Of a stretch of 64,000 nucleotides of DNA, positions 12,240 through 24,180 are shown in pieces. A program made the position numbers and the translations under genes. The notes beneath the pieces are model-generated. The model had not been told where the DNA came from and ran no database searches. It worked only from the letters and a program-made list of their open reading frames with translations. The first letter of the stretch is position 1. The number at the start of each line of letters is the position of its first letter. Source of the stretch: Mobula hypostoma (lineage: Eukaryota). The stretch spans positions 9,362,001 through 9,426,000 of the forward strand of contig NC_086097.1 of NCBI RefSeq assembly GCF_963921235.1, given 5' to 3'.

Positions 12240-12820
12240 CACTGGTGAGAGTCGTTGTAAACTGGGGGACTGCTTCTTTGTATACCTCTGTTCCATCCGC
12301 TAACAGAGGAACTTCCCAGTGGCCAAGCATTTTAATTCTTATTTCTATTCCCATTCCGACATGTTGGTCCATGGGCTCCTCTACTGCTGTGATGAGACCA
12401 CTCTCTGGGCGGAGGAGCAACATCTTATATTCTGTCTATGTAGCCTCCAACCTGATGGCATGAGTATCGATTTTTCTCCTGGTTAAAAAACATTCCTCCT
12501 TCTCCTCTCTTCTATTCCCCACTCTGGCTATTTACATCTTCTCATCTGGCCATCATCTTTCCCCGGGTCCCCTCCTTCCTTCCTTCCTCCTCTAGTCTCG
12601 CCTGCTATCAGATTCCTTCCTCTCCAGCCCTTTATCTTCCCGATCCACATGGTTTGACCTATCACCTTCTAGCTATTCTCCTTCCTCTCCCCCCACCTTT
12701 TTAATCTGGCGTCCACCCCCTTCCTTTCCAGTCCTGAATAAGGGCCTTGGCTGTTGACTGTTTATTCATTTCCATAGATGCTGCCTGACCTACTGAGTAC
12801 CTCCAGCATTTTGTGCATAT
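12240..12820 (+). mobile_element. Neptune-like PLE 3' fragment (end of GIY-YIG domain plus terminal repeat with decayed hammerhead)
   Basis: Homologous to the 3' part of 32524-35468. Contains the GATGCTGCCTGACCTACTGAG terminal motif. Confidence 0.75.
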
Positions 12821-13193
12821 CACTTCCAATTCATGTTTGTGTAGTTATGTTTAGTTTTACAGGTCTATGCTGTTGAGTCACATAAAACCACAAGATGTAC
12901 ACTCATTTTCTGAGCATAATGGAGGATATTCTGAATAATACCTTGTAGCCTTATATTTTATTTCTAATTTAATACCCTTGCTATCTTGTAACCTTACAAG
13001 AGTGTTAATTGGTTTAAACTCTCAGCAGTTCACTTTATCTCCTGGAATGCTTTACAGGACATGGTAATTTCAAAGCAGGTGAACATTACCACCACAGGCA
13101 ATCACTTTCCTTTTTGACTTACAGCGCAATCCCAGTGAAGGTTTTCTAATCAAAGGCTTGTATAATGTATAAAGGCTGTATAAAGGCTTTGTA

Positions 13194-15427
13194 GAAACAA
13201 AGGTTCTGAACTTAAAGAGGGGTAACTTTGAAGGTATGAGACATGAATTAGCTAAGATAGACTGGCAAATGACACTTCAAGGATTGACGGTGGATATGCA
13301 ATGGCAGGCATTTAAAGGTTGCATGGATGAACTACAACAATTGTTCATCCCAGTTTGGCAAAAGAATAAATCAAGGAAGGTAGTGCACCCGTGGCTGACA
13401 AGAGAAATTAGGGATAGTATCAATTCCAAAGAAGTAGCATACAAATTAGCCAGAGAAAGTGGCTCACCTGAGGACTGGGAGAAATTCAGAGTTCAGCAGA
13501 GGAGGACAAAGGGCTTAATTAGGAAGGGGAAAAAAGATTATGAGAGAAAACTGGCAGAGAACATAAAAACGGACTGTAAAAGCTTTTATAGATATGTAAA
13601 AAGGAAAAGACTGATAAAGACAAATGTAGGTCCCCTGCAAACAGAAACAGGTGAATTGATTATGGGGAGCAAGGACATGGCAGACCAATTGAATAATTAC
13701 TTTGGTTCTGTCTTCACTAAGGAGGACATAAATAATCTTCCAGAAATAGTAAGGGACAGAGGGTCCAGTGAGATGGAGGAACTGAGCGAAATACATGTTA
13801 GTAGGGAAGTGGTGTTAGGTAAATTGAAGGGATTGAAGGCAGATAAATCCCCAGGGCCAGATGGTCTGCATCCCAGAGTGCTTAAGGAAGTGGCCCAAGA
13901 AATAGTGGATGCATTAGTGATAATTTTTCAAAACTCGTTAGATTCTGGACTAGTTCCTGAGGATTGGAGGGTGGCTAATGTAACCCCACTTTTTAAAAAA
14001 GGAGGGAGAGAGAAACCGGGGAATTATAGGCCGGTTAGCCTAACGTCGGTGGTGGGGAAACTGCTGGAGTCAGTTATCAAGGATGTGATAACAGCACATT
14101 TGGAAAGCGGTGAAATGATCGGACAAAGTCAGCATGGATTTGTGAAAGGAAAATCATGTCTGACGAATCTCATAGAATTTTTTGAGGATGTAACTAGTAG
14201 AGTGGATAGGGGAGAACCAGTGGATGTGGTATATTTGGATTTTCAAAAGGCTTTTGACAAGGTCCCACATAGGAGATTAGTGTGCAAACTTAAAGCACAC
14301 GGTATTGGGGGTAAGGTATTGGTGAGGGTGGAGAATTGGTTAGCAGACAGGAAGCAAAGAGTGGGAATAAACGGGACCTTTTCAGAATGGCAGGCGGTGA
14401 CTAGTGGGGTACCGCAAGGCTCAGTGCTGGGACCCCAGTTGTTTACAATATATATTAATGACTTGGATGAGGGAATTAAATGCAGCATCTCCAAGTTTGC
14501 GGATGACACGAAGCTGGGTGGCAGTGTTAGCAGTGAGGAGGATGCTAAGAGGATGCAGGGTGACTTGGATAGGTTGGGTGAGTGGGCAAACTCATGGCAG
14601 ATGCAATTTAATGTGGATAAATGTGAAGTTATCCACTTTGGTGGCAAAAATAGGAAAACAGATTATTATCTGAATGGTGGCCGATTAGGAAAAGGGGAGG
14701 TGCAACGAGACCTGGGTGTCATTATACACCAGTCATTGAAAGTGGGCATGCAGGTACAGCAGGCGGTGAAAAAGGCGAACGGTATGCTGGCATTTATAGC
14801 GAGAGGATTCGAGTACAGGAGCAGGGAGGTACTACTGCAGTTGTACAAGGCCTTGGTGAGACCACACCTGGAGTATTGTGTGCAGTTTTGGTCCCCTAAT
14901 CTGAGGAAAGACATCTTTGCCATAGAGGGAGTACAAAGAAGGTTCACCAGATTGATTCCTGGGATGGCAGGTCTTTCATATGAAGAAAGACTGGATGAAC
15001 TGGGCTTGTACTCGTTGGAATTTAGAAGATTGAGGGGGGATCTGATTGAAACGTATAAGATCCTAAAGGGATTGGACAGGCTAGATGCAGGAAGATTGTT
15101 CCCGATGTTGGGGAGGTCTAGAACGAGGGGTCACAGTTTGAGGATAGAGGGGAAGCCTTTTAGGACCGAGGTTAGGAAAAACTTCTTCACACAGAGAGTG
15201 GTGAATCTGTGGAATTCTCTGCCACAGCAAACTGTTGAGGCCAGTTCATTAGCTATGTTTAAAAGGAAGTTAGATATGGCCCTTGTGGCTACAGGGGTCA
15301 GGGGGTATGGAGGGAAGGCTGGGTTCTGAGTTGGATGATCAGCCATGATCATAATAAATGGCGGTGCAGGCTCGAAGGGCCGAATGGCCTACTCCTGCAC
15401 CTATTTTCTATGTTTCTATGTTTCTAT
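13194..15427 (+). mobile_element. Young 5'-truncated CR1 LINE
   Basis: Uninterrupted ORF2 segment and 3' UTR, with (TTTCTATG)n tail at 15405-15427. Confidence 0.97.
13236..15329 (+). CDS. CR1 ORF2 reverse transcriptase, 697 aa (endonuclease missing through 5' truncation)
   Basis: [47 protein letters not shown]. No stops or frameshifts. Confidence 0.95.
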   Translation: MRHELAKIDWQMTLQGLTVDMQWQAFKGCMDELQQLFIPVWQKNKSRKVVHPWLTREIRDSINSKEVAYKLARESGSPEDWEKFRVQQRRTKGLIRKGKKDYERKLAENIKTDCKSFYRYVKRKRLIKTNVGPLQTETGELIMGSKDMADQLNNYFGSVFTKEDINNLPEIVRDRGSSEMEELSEIHVSREVVLGKLKGLKADKSPGPDGLHPRVLKEVAQEIVDALVIIFQNSLDSGLVPEDWRVANVTPLFKKGGREKPGNYRPVSLTSVVGKLLESVIKDVITAHLESGEMIGQSQHGFVKGKSCLTNLIEFFEDVTSRVDRGEPVDVVYLDFQKAFDKVPHRRLVCKLKAHGIGGKVLVRVENWLADRKQRVGINGTFSEWQAVTSGVPQGSVLGPQLFTIYINDLDEGIKCSISKFADDTKLGGSVSSEEDAKRMQGDLDRLGEWANSWQMQFNVDKCEVIHFGGKNRKTDYYLNGGRLGKGEVQRDLGVIIHQSLKVGMQVQQAVKKANGMLAFIARGFEYRSREVLLQLYKALVRPHLEYCVQFWSPNLRKDIFAIEGVQRRFTRLIPGMAGLSYEERLDELGLYSLEFRRLRGDLIETYKILKGLDRLDAGRLFPMLGRSRTRGHSLRIEGKPFRTEVRKNFFTQRVVNLWNSLPQQTVEASSLAMFKRKLDMALVATGVRGYGGKAGF

Positions 15428-15580
15428 AATGACTCTCAGTCTGTAACAAGGACAGAAATCTCACTTTGGGCAAAATTTCTGTTTTGGTTGGAATTAGTAA
15501 TTGAGGCAGAAACCTACCTTAAAGTTCTGCTTCTTTTCCAAATTAAGCTTACATTTCAGGTCCTGGTTCAAACTCAGCAG

Positions 15581-15722
15581 AGTGGCACATACAGTAGCTG
15601 GTAGATCTGCTTACTCAGTGCACAACTGACTTGAGTTCAGTCCTTGCCTCGGGTACGGCATGGTATTAACATACTCCCCTGTACTGTGTAGGTTTTCTCT
15701 CGAACATATAGACTTGTAAGTT
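15581..15722 (+). mobile_element. Degenerate tRNA-derived (V-SINE-like) SINE; a similar copy lies at 16511-16745
   Basis: Decayed A/B boxes. The second copy shows the V-core-like GAGTTTGCATGTCCTTCCTGTGGATTTCCTCC. Confidence 0.45.
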
Positions 15723-16190
15723 CAAAGTAAAGTTCTATGTTAATTTATTATCAAAGTACATGAATGCCTCCAAGTACAACCCTGAAATTCATTTTCTTGC
15801 AGGCATATTCAATAAATCTAATAGAATCAATGGAAGACTGCATCAACTTGTGCTTTCAACCAGAGTGCAGAAGACAACAACCTGTGCAAGTACTAAATAA
15901 ATAACTAAACAAGCTGGAAGTATCGAGAACATGAGATGAAGAGTCCTTGAACGTGAGTCTATTGGTCAAGAAAACATTTCAATGATGCTGCTTTCTTGTG
16001 ACAGCATTTCTTGCAGATGTGCTCAGTGCTTGGGAAGGCTTCAACTGTGATAAATTGGGCTGTATCCACTCCTTTTTGTAGGATTTTCCATTCAAAGGCA
16101 CTTGTGTTTCCATACCATGCCGTGATCCAAAGAGTCAATACACTCTCCACTACACATCTGTAGAATCTTGTCAAGGTTTTAGAAATCATG
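15722..16190 (-). mobile_element. Rex1/Babar-type LINE 3' fragment
   Basis: TLTRFYRCVVESVLTLWITAWYGN. Confidence 0.75.
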
Positions 16191-17074
16191 GGGAATTTCT
16201 GTTACCATCTTCATAATTTGACTTTTATGTTAATTAGCCACTGTAAATTGTTCAGATGTGGAGTGAGAAATAGGATCTGGTGAGAGTTGATGCAAATACT
16301 GGAAAATAAAAAAAGGGTTAATGCAGATCTCTTGTGATTATTATAGTAGCTGTTGTAATATAGGGACAGTTGCAGCAAATTTGCACTGTAAGTGTTCACA
16401 ATGCACAACGTGAAACGTCTGGTTAGATGAAATGTGATTGACGTGTGAATATGAGATTGAGCGTGGTGGCAAACTCCCCTGTTTTTCTCCTTTCTAGAGC
16501 AATCAAATCAGTGGTGTCATAGTACTGAGACAGCTGTCTCACCAATCTAGTGGCCTGAACTCAGTGCTGACTCTGATACATGTCGAGTTTGCATGTCCTT
16601 CCTGTGGATTTCCTCCTGGTGATCAGGTTTCTTCCACATGCACTCCGAAGGTTAAATCATCACTATAATTGCCTGGAGAGTGAGTGTGAGTGTTAGAGTC
16701 TGTAGCAGTCATCAGGAATGTGCAGTAAAATGGGATCAATGTCAACTACTGCTAAGAACAGAGAACATAGAACAGTACAGCACAGAAACAGACCCTTCGG
16801 CCCACAACTTTGTGCCAGACCAATTAAATTAGTAATCAAATGACTAACTAAACTAATCCCTTCTGCCCACACAATGTCCATATCCTACTATTTTCCTTAC
16901 CTTCATGTGTCCATCATTCCAGGCACCCACCACTCTCTGTTTAAAGATAAAATTTGCCCATCACATTACCTTACAAATTACCCCCTCTCCTTCAATGCAC
17001 ACCATCCGTCTACTCAACACACAAAAAGTGCTGGAGAGACTCAGCAAGCAAAGCAGTATCTTTGGACAAGAGTA

Positions 17075-17112
17075 CAGTCGATGTTTCGAGCCGAGACCTT
17101 TCATCAGGACTG
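17075..17112 (-). ncRNA. Minimal type-I hammerhead ribozyme motif (CpG-decayed)
   Basis: CAGUC-CUGAUGA-AAGGUCUCGGCUC-GAAA-CAUC-GACUG. Confidence 0.65.
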
Positions 17113-17445
17113 GAGAAAAAGAAAGATGAGAAGTCAGAGTAAGAAGGTGGGGGGAGGGGAAGAAGAAATACAAGGTAGTAGGTGATAGGTGAAAGCAGGG
17201 GTGAGAAGTAGTACAATAAACAGCTGGGAAGTTGGTTGGGGAAAGAGATACTGGGCTGGAGAAGGGAGAATCTGATAGAAGAGGACTGAAAGCCATGGAA
17301 GAAAGAAAAGGGGGAGGAGCACCAGAGGGAGGTAATGGGCAGGTAAGGAGAAAAGGTGAGAAAGGGAAATGGGAATAGGGAATGGTAATGTGTGGGGGGG
17401 GGGGATTATTGGAAGATTGAGAAATCGATGTTCATGCCATAAGGT

Positions 17446-20400
17446 AAGACCATAAAACCATAAAATATAAAGGCAGAAGTAGGCCATTTGGGTCATCAAG
17501 TCTGCTCTGTTATTCAATCACGGCTGATCCAATTCTTCCAGTTATCACAACTCCCCTGCCTTCTCCCTATACCCTTTGATGCTCTAGCTAATCAAGAACC
17601 TATCTATCTCTGCTTTAAATGCACCCAATGACTTGGCCTCCACAGCCACTCGTGGCAACAAATTCCACATCTTTACAACCCTCTGACTAAAGCAATTTCT
17701 CCACATCTTTGTTCTAAATTGACGCCCTTCAATCCTGAAGTCGTGCCCTCTTGTCCTAGACTCCCCTACCATGGGAAGTAACTTTGCCATATCTAATCTG
17801 TTCAGGCCTTTGAACATTCAAAATGTTTCTATGAGAATCCCCCTCATTTTCCTGAACTTCAGGGAATACAGTCCAAGAGCTGCCAAACGTTCCTCATACG
17901 GTAATCCTTTCATTCCTAGAATCATTCTGGTGAATCTTCTCTGAACCCTCTCCAATGTCGGTATATCCTTTTTAAAATAAGGAGCCCAAAACTCTACACA
18001 ATACTCCAAGTGTTGTCTAATGAGTGCCTTATAGAACCTCAACACCATATCCCTGCTCTTATATTCTATATCTCTGGAAATGAGTGCCAACATTGCATTC
18101 ACCTTCTTCACCACCGAATCAACCTGAGGTTAATCTTTAGAGTACCTTGCACAAGGACTACCAAGTCCCTTTGCATCTCTGCATTTTGAATTCTCTCTCC
18201 ATCTAAATAATAGTCTGCCCATTTATTTTTTCCACCAAAGTGCACGGCCATACACTTTCCAAAGTTGTATTTTATTTGCCACTTCCTTGCTCATTCTCCT
18301 AAACTATCTAAGTCTCTCTGCAGGTAATCTCTTTCTTCCACACTACTCGCTCCTCCACCTATCTTTGTATCATTGGCAAATTTAGCCACAAATCCATTAA
18401 TCCCAGAGTCCAAATCATTGACATACATCATAAAAAATAGCAATCCCAACACAGACCCCTGTGGAAATCCACTGGTAACTAGCACCCAGCCAGAAAAGCA
18501 TCCCTTTATTCCCACTCTCTGTTTTCTGCCGATAAACCAAAGCCCCACCCACGCTATTAACTTCCCTGTAATTCCATGAGTTCTTATTTTGCTAAGCAGC
18601 CTCCAGTATGGTACCTTGAAAATCCAAGTATACCACATCCACTGCATCTCCTTTGTCTACCCAGCTTGTAATTTCCTGAAAAAATTGCAGTAGGTTAGTC
18701 AGGCAGGATTTTCTTTTCAGGAGACCAGGCTGGCTTTGGCCTATCTTGTCATGTGCCTCCAGGTACTCTGTAATCTCATCCCTAGCAATCGATTCCAACA
18801 TCTTTCCAACCACTGTTGTGAAGCTAACAGGTCTAAAGTTTCCTTTCTGCTGCCTCCCACCCTTCTTAAAGAGCAGAGTAACATTTGCAATTTTCCAGTC
18901 ATCTGGTACAATGCCAGGATCTATCAATTCTTGAAAGATCATTTTTAATGCCTCCACAATATCTCCAGCTATTTCCTTCAGAACCTGAGGGTGCATTCCA
19001 TTTGGTCCAAAAGATTTATCCACCCTCAGACCATTAAGCTTCCTAAGCATCTTCTCAGTCATAACTTTCACTGCACACGCTTCACTTCCCTGACATTCTT
19101 GAATGTCCGGTATACTGCAGACGTCTTCCACTGTGAAGACTGATGCAAAACACACACTCAGTTCCTCTGCCATCTCTGTGTCTCTCATTACAATATCTCC
19201 AGTGTCATTTTCTATTGGTCCTATATCTACCCTTAACTCTATTTTATCCTTTATATACTTAAAAAAGTTTTTAGTATCTTCTTTGATATTGGTCGCCATC
19301 TCCCTTTTATAATTCATCTTTTCCTTCCTAATGAACTTCTTAGTTTCCTCCTGCAAGTTTTTAAAAGTTTCCCAATCCTCTATCTTGCTACTACCTTTGG
19401 CTTCATTGTATGGCCTCTCTTTTGCTTTTACTTTGGCTCTGACTTCACCTGTCAGCCACGATACTGTCCTTCTTCCATTCAAAAATTTCTTCTTATCTAG
19501 AATATATCTGTCTTCCACTTCCCTCATTTTTCGCAGAACCTCCATCCATTTCTGCTCACAGTCCTTCCTGCTAGTGTCCCTTTCCAGTCAACCTTGACCA
19601 GTTCCCCTCTAATGCCATTGTACAGTAATTTATTTTATTCCACTGAACTACCGACACATTGGAATTTAGTTTCTTCTTCTCAAATTTCAAAGTGAAGTCG
19701 ATCATATTGTTATCACTGTTCCCTCAGGTTCCTTAACCTTAAGCTCTCTTATCACCTCCGGATCATTGCACAACACCCAATTCAGCACAGCTTAACAACA
19801 AGTTGTTCTAAAAAGCCATCCCTTAGACATTCTGCAAATGCTCTCTCTTGAGGTCCAGAACTGGCCTGTTTTCCCAGTCTATTTTCATGTTAAGATCCCC
19901 AACAATTATCATGACATTGCACTTCTGACACACCTTTACTTTCTCCTGCTGTAATTTGTAATCCACATCCCAGCTGCTGTTTGGAGGCCTGTATACAACT
20001 GCCATTAGGGTCCTTTTACCCTTGCTATTTCTGAACTCAACCCATAGAGACTCTACACCTTCCGATCCTATGTTATCCCTTTCTAATAATTTATTATTAT
20101 TTCTTATACACAGGGCCACATAGCCTACTAAACTATCTTTCCAATACACCGTATATCCTTGGACATTCAGGATCCCAAATGGCAGACATCCTTTAGCCAA
20201 GTTTTAGAGATGGCCACAATGTTAGACTTGCCAGTCTGTAGCTGAGTTTCAAGATTGCTCATTTTATTTCTTATGCTGTGTGCATTCAAATACAACACTT
20301 TCAGTTCAGTATTTGCTTCGTTCGGTTTTAACTGCATCACGCCTTTATTGCTCTTTAACTCATCCCACAGGCTGTGATTAAGCCTCATCTCCTGCCTGTT

Positions 20401-20668
20401 CTTCCCATAATCTCTGTTGCATGCTATTTTTGATTTATTTGTTTTCCCCTTCCTTAGCCCTCTCACTCCAGTTCCCATCCCCCTTGCCAAAGTAGTTTAA
20501 ACCCTCCCTAACAGCTCTATTAAACCTGCCTGCTAGGATATTGGACCAATTTGGGTTCAGGTGTAACCCGTCCTTTTTGTGCAGGTCGTACCTCCCCCAG
20601 AAGAAGCCCCGGTGAACTAGGAACCCGAAGCCCTGCCCCCTACACCAGTCCCTCTGCCATGCATTAAT
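17446..20668 (-). mobile_element. Near full-length degenerate CR1 LINE (end of ORF1 esterase, APE, RT) inserted in the PLE
   Basis: VLYLNAHSIRNK, VVYRPPNS, VGDLN, NFRPVSFTT, GFPQGSVLG, KFANDTK. DGLHLN-type ORF1 motif near 20550-20610. Multiple frameshifts. Confidence 0.92.
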
Positions 20669-21849
20669 ATGCCTGAGGTTGGAAGCTATCCAGACAGAAT
20701 ATAACGTGTTGCTCCTCCATCCATCAGGTGTAGCCTCATTGCAAGAGTGGAGGAGGACATGGACGGACGTGTTGGAATGGGACTAGGAGGTGGAATTAAA
20801 ATGGGTGGCCACTGGGAATCTGGGAATTTCTGGGGGATGAAGAGTAGGTGCCTGGCAAAGTAGTTTCCCAATCTACGTCAGGTCTCACCGACATACAAGA
20901 GGCCTCACCGGGGGTACCGGAGATAGTAGATGAACCTAACAAACTCACAGGTGAAGTGTTGCCTCACCTGAAAGGACTGTTTAGGGCCCTAAATGGTAGT
21001 GAGGGAGGAGGTGTAGCAACTGATGTGGCACTTGTTCTGCTTGCAAGGATAAATACGATGAGGGACATCGGTGGGCGGGGACAAATGGATAAGGGAGTCG
21101 CACAGGGATTGATCCCTGCGGAAAGCCAAAAGTAGGGGGAGGGAAAAATATTCTTGGTGGTGGGATCCCATTGGAGGTGATGGAAGTTACTGAGAATTAC
21201 GTGCTGGACGTAGAGGCTGATGGGGTGGTAGGTGAGAAAAAGAGGAACCCTATCCTTGATGGGCTGGCAAAACCTATCAACGTCCCAAATCTTTACCACC
21301 CCACCACCCACTTTCACCTATCACTTTGTGTTTCTTCCTCCCCTTCCCCCGACCTTCTTACTCTTCCTCATCTTTTGTTCTCCAGTCCTGAAGAAACATC
21401 GACTGTACTCTTTTCCATAAATGCTGCCCGACCTGCCGAGTTCGTCCAGCATTTTTTGTGTGTCGCTTGGATTTTCAGCATCTGCAGGTTTTCTCTTGTT
21501 TCTGTCTGTCTACTCCATGCCTCTCAAACTTATAAACTCTATCAGATCTCTCCTCAGCCTCTGCCACTCCAGAGAAAACAACAAAGATTTGTCCAACCTC
21601 TCGTTACAGCGTATGTCCCCTAATCCAGGCAACATCCTGGTAAACCTCTTCTGCACCCACTTCAAAGCCTCAACATCCTTCCAAGAAATTGTGCTGTTGC
21701 TGGAAATCCAAAGTAACACAAAAATTCTGGAGGAACTCAGCAGGTCAGACAGCATCTATGGAGAAGAATAAATAGTAGACATTTTAGGTCAAGACTATTC
21801 ACCAAGACTTTCATGGCCCAAAATATTGATTGTTTATTCCTCTCCATAT

Positions 21850-22235
21850 ATGAGGAGCCTTGGGACCCACACCACCAGGTTCAGGAATAGTAATTACATA
21901 CTCAACTGTCAGGCTCTTGAACCAATGTTGATAACTTCACTTGCCCTATCACTGAACTGTTACTATTACCTGTGGACTCACTTTCAAGGACACTTGATCT
22001 CATGTTCTCGATTATTTATTGCTTATTCATTAATTATTATTATTTCTTTTTTCGTTTGTATTTCTATAGTTTGTTATCTTTTGCACATTGGTTGTTTGTC
22101 TGTCCTGTTTGGTGCAATCTTTCACTCAACCTACTGTGTTTCTTGGACTTGCTAAGTATGCCCAGAAGAAAATGATTCTCAGTCTGTATATGGTGAATCT
22201 TTTGATGATAAATTTATTTTGAACTTTGACTTTGA
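21850..22235 (+). mobile_element. Rex1/Babar-like LINE 3' end; related 3'-end fragments near 23700-23980 and 24330-24495
   Basis: RSLGTHTTRFRNS, followed by an ATAAAT...TTTGAACTTTGA tail. Confidence 0.6.
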
Positions 22236-22696
22236 AAAAGCTTTGCTGTTGCCCTATATTAACTTGTATATCTTGTTACTATTGAAATATCTTTCTAATA
22301 AGATATTTAATGGATTCTTAGCCACTGATTTATGATTAACAGATACATCTGTACAATACAATAATACTAATCCCTTAGTGCAGCGAAAGTATTTGAGTTA
22401 TGCAAAAGTTCAAAGGTTAATTAATTATCAAAGTATATAACTCCGATATTCTTATTCTCCAAAATATCTCAGTGAAACATAACTAAGGGATTAGTTCAGT
22501 ACACATAACTACAAAAGAACATTATTTTTGACACAGAAAGAAGGTTATCACTTCACAGAAACTCTTCTACATTTATTAATGAGAGATGGTAAATTCTTCT
22601 CTGCACTATAAAATCGGAATAGTTACCTTTTCATAGAACAACACTGCATATTCAAGCACCTAGATATTGCATTATGTGGATTTATGCATTAAATCA

Positions 22697-23225
22697 CAGA
22701 CATCCCACCTCTCCCGGAAGTTCTGGGAGTCTCCCGCATATTAATAGTGGCTCCCTGATGCCCGCAAATTATATACAATGTCACGGAGATCTTTTTTTTT
22801 GAGAGTGAGCGAGCGAGTGAGAGAAAGCAAGAGAGAGCGTGCGAGCGACCACGAGAGAGAGAGAGAGCGAGAGCGTGCCATGGCAGAGTATTCCAAAAAA
22901 TATATAAAACGTACGTCACCCCAGACTACAATAAAGTGTACCCCTGCCTAATAGGGGTCAAAAATAATGACAGTGTTGCTCGCTGCACTGTTTGCAACAA
23001 TATCTTTTCTATTGCCCATGGTGGGTTAAGACTGTAAAAGACATGTTGAGGTAAGTTTAACAAGTGTCATTCGTTCATTAGCATAGCAGTTATTTAAACT
23101 AGCTGGCTAGCTGCTAAGGAGCTACTCTATTGCAGACATCCCACCTCTCCAGGAAGTTCCGGGAGTCTCCTGCAAATTGATGGTGCTACCTCCTTGAAAT
23201 GAGATTTTGCAGGGTGGGATGTCTG
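22697..23225. mobile_element. Non-autonomous hAT-like DNA transposon, copy 2
   Basis: Same TIRs as 3215-4931. 6-bp TSD AAATCA (22691-22696, 23226-23231). Internal second left end starting at 23133. Confidence 0.85.
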
Positions 23226-23264
23226 AAATCATTCAATTTTATCAGAAACTTAATCACTGATTAT

Positions 23265-23557
23265 TACTTTGCCATGGACTGACCTAAGCTTGGCTGGGTA
23301 AGCAGGGAAGTTGGGCATGAGGCTAGTAACCCTATCATAAAAACCCGAAGCTACAGAAGCACCAACAGAAGCTCCAAAGACCTCATCCTGAGTAGGGGAA
23401 GGATCTTTACCTAGAAGATATACGGCATTGTGTGCTGAAAGTGGAAGCAACAGAAACCATAGGGACAATCAATGGTCTATCAGCCCAGGTCAGAGAACTC
23501 TCACCAGCTGCTGTTAGTAGCCTATGTCCCAGAAGGAGTGATGAGATTCGGAAGAAG
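23265..23557 (+). mobile_element. Short RTE-tailed non-autonomous retroposon with twister-like head, copy 2
   Basis: 13-bp TSD AATCACTGATTAT (23252-23264) / AATCACTAATTGT (23558-23570). (GAA)n tail. Colinear with 11845-12096. Confidence 0.75.
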
Positions 23558-24007
23558 AATCACTAATTGTGATATAGTAATGGAGTTATAAAGCTTGAAA
23601 ACAGGCCCTTAAGGTCAACACCTCCATGCCAGCTGTGGTGCCCACCAAACAGGGATCCATTTCGCTATATTTGGTCTATATCCTTCTTACTTGTCTCTGC
23701 ACTGAACTGAGCCTGTGGCCTGCAACTAACAGGCTTCCGACGGCTGTGGACTCATTTTGTGAACTTCAGTTATGAATGCTATTTGTTTACTTTTATTGTT
23801 TGCACAATTTGTTTTTCTTTTTCTCTCTCTCTCTCTGCATGCTGGATGTTTGACAGTCTTCTTTTGTTTTAATGAGTTCTACTGGGTTTCATTGTTTTGC
23901 GGCTTCCTGCCTGTAAGAAGACAGATAATACATACTACAATGTATACCTACTTTAATAATAAATGTACTTTGAACTTTTAAATTGCTTCTATCCATGTCA
24001 TAGACAT

Positions 24008-24180
24008 GAACACAAGAGATTCTGCAGATGCTGGAAATCCAGAACAACACAAACAAAATGTTGGAGGAAATCAGCAGGTCAGACAGCATCTATGGGAATG
24101 AACAAACAACTGACATTTCAGGCTGACGCACTTCATCAGGACTGGAAAAGAAGAGGTAAGAAGCTAGAATAAGAGCTGGT
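24008..24180 (-). mobile_element. Neptune PLE terminal-repeat fragment with decayed hammerhead
   Basis: CTGCAGATGCTGG...GCAGGTCAGACAGCATC...TTCATCAGGACTGG. Confidence 0.75.

Larger units (their letters stand above)
17016..21504 (-). mobile_element. Neptune-like PLE (body 17016-17445 and 20669-21266 on minus; inverted terminal-repeat copy ~21290-21504 on plus)
   Basis: RVPLFLTYHP...LQWDPTTKNIF and PCKQNKCHISCY linker. 11-bp TSD 17005-17015 / 21505-21515 with one CpG transition. Confidence 0.85.
16752..21684 (-). mobile_element. CR1 3' fragment acting as host (pieces 16752-17015 and 21505-21684)
   Basis: KDVEALKWVQKRFTRMLPGL in the right piece; 3' UTR and tail in the left piece. TSD TCYGTCTACTC at the junctions. 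Confidence 0.75.

Noticed and set aside
14243..14947. Antisense ORFs over CR1 RT (also 45057-45859, 18373-18579, 54448-54807)
   Set aside because: They are opposite-strand shadows of CR1 ORF2 with no independent evidence.
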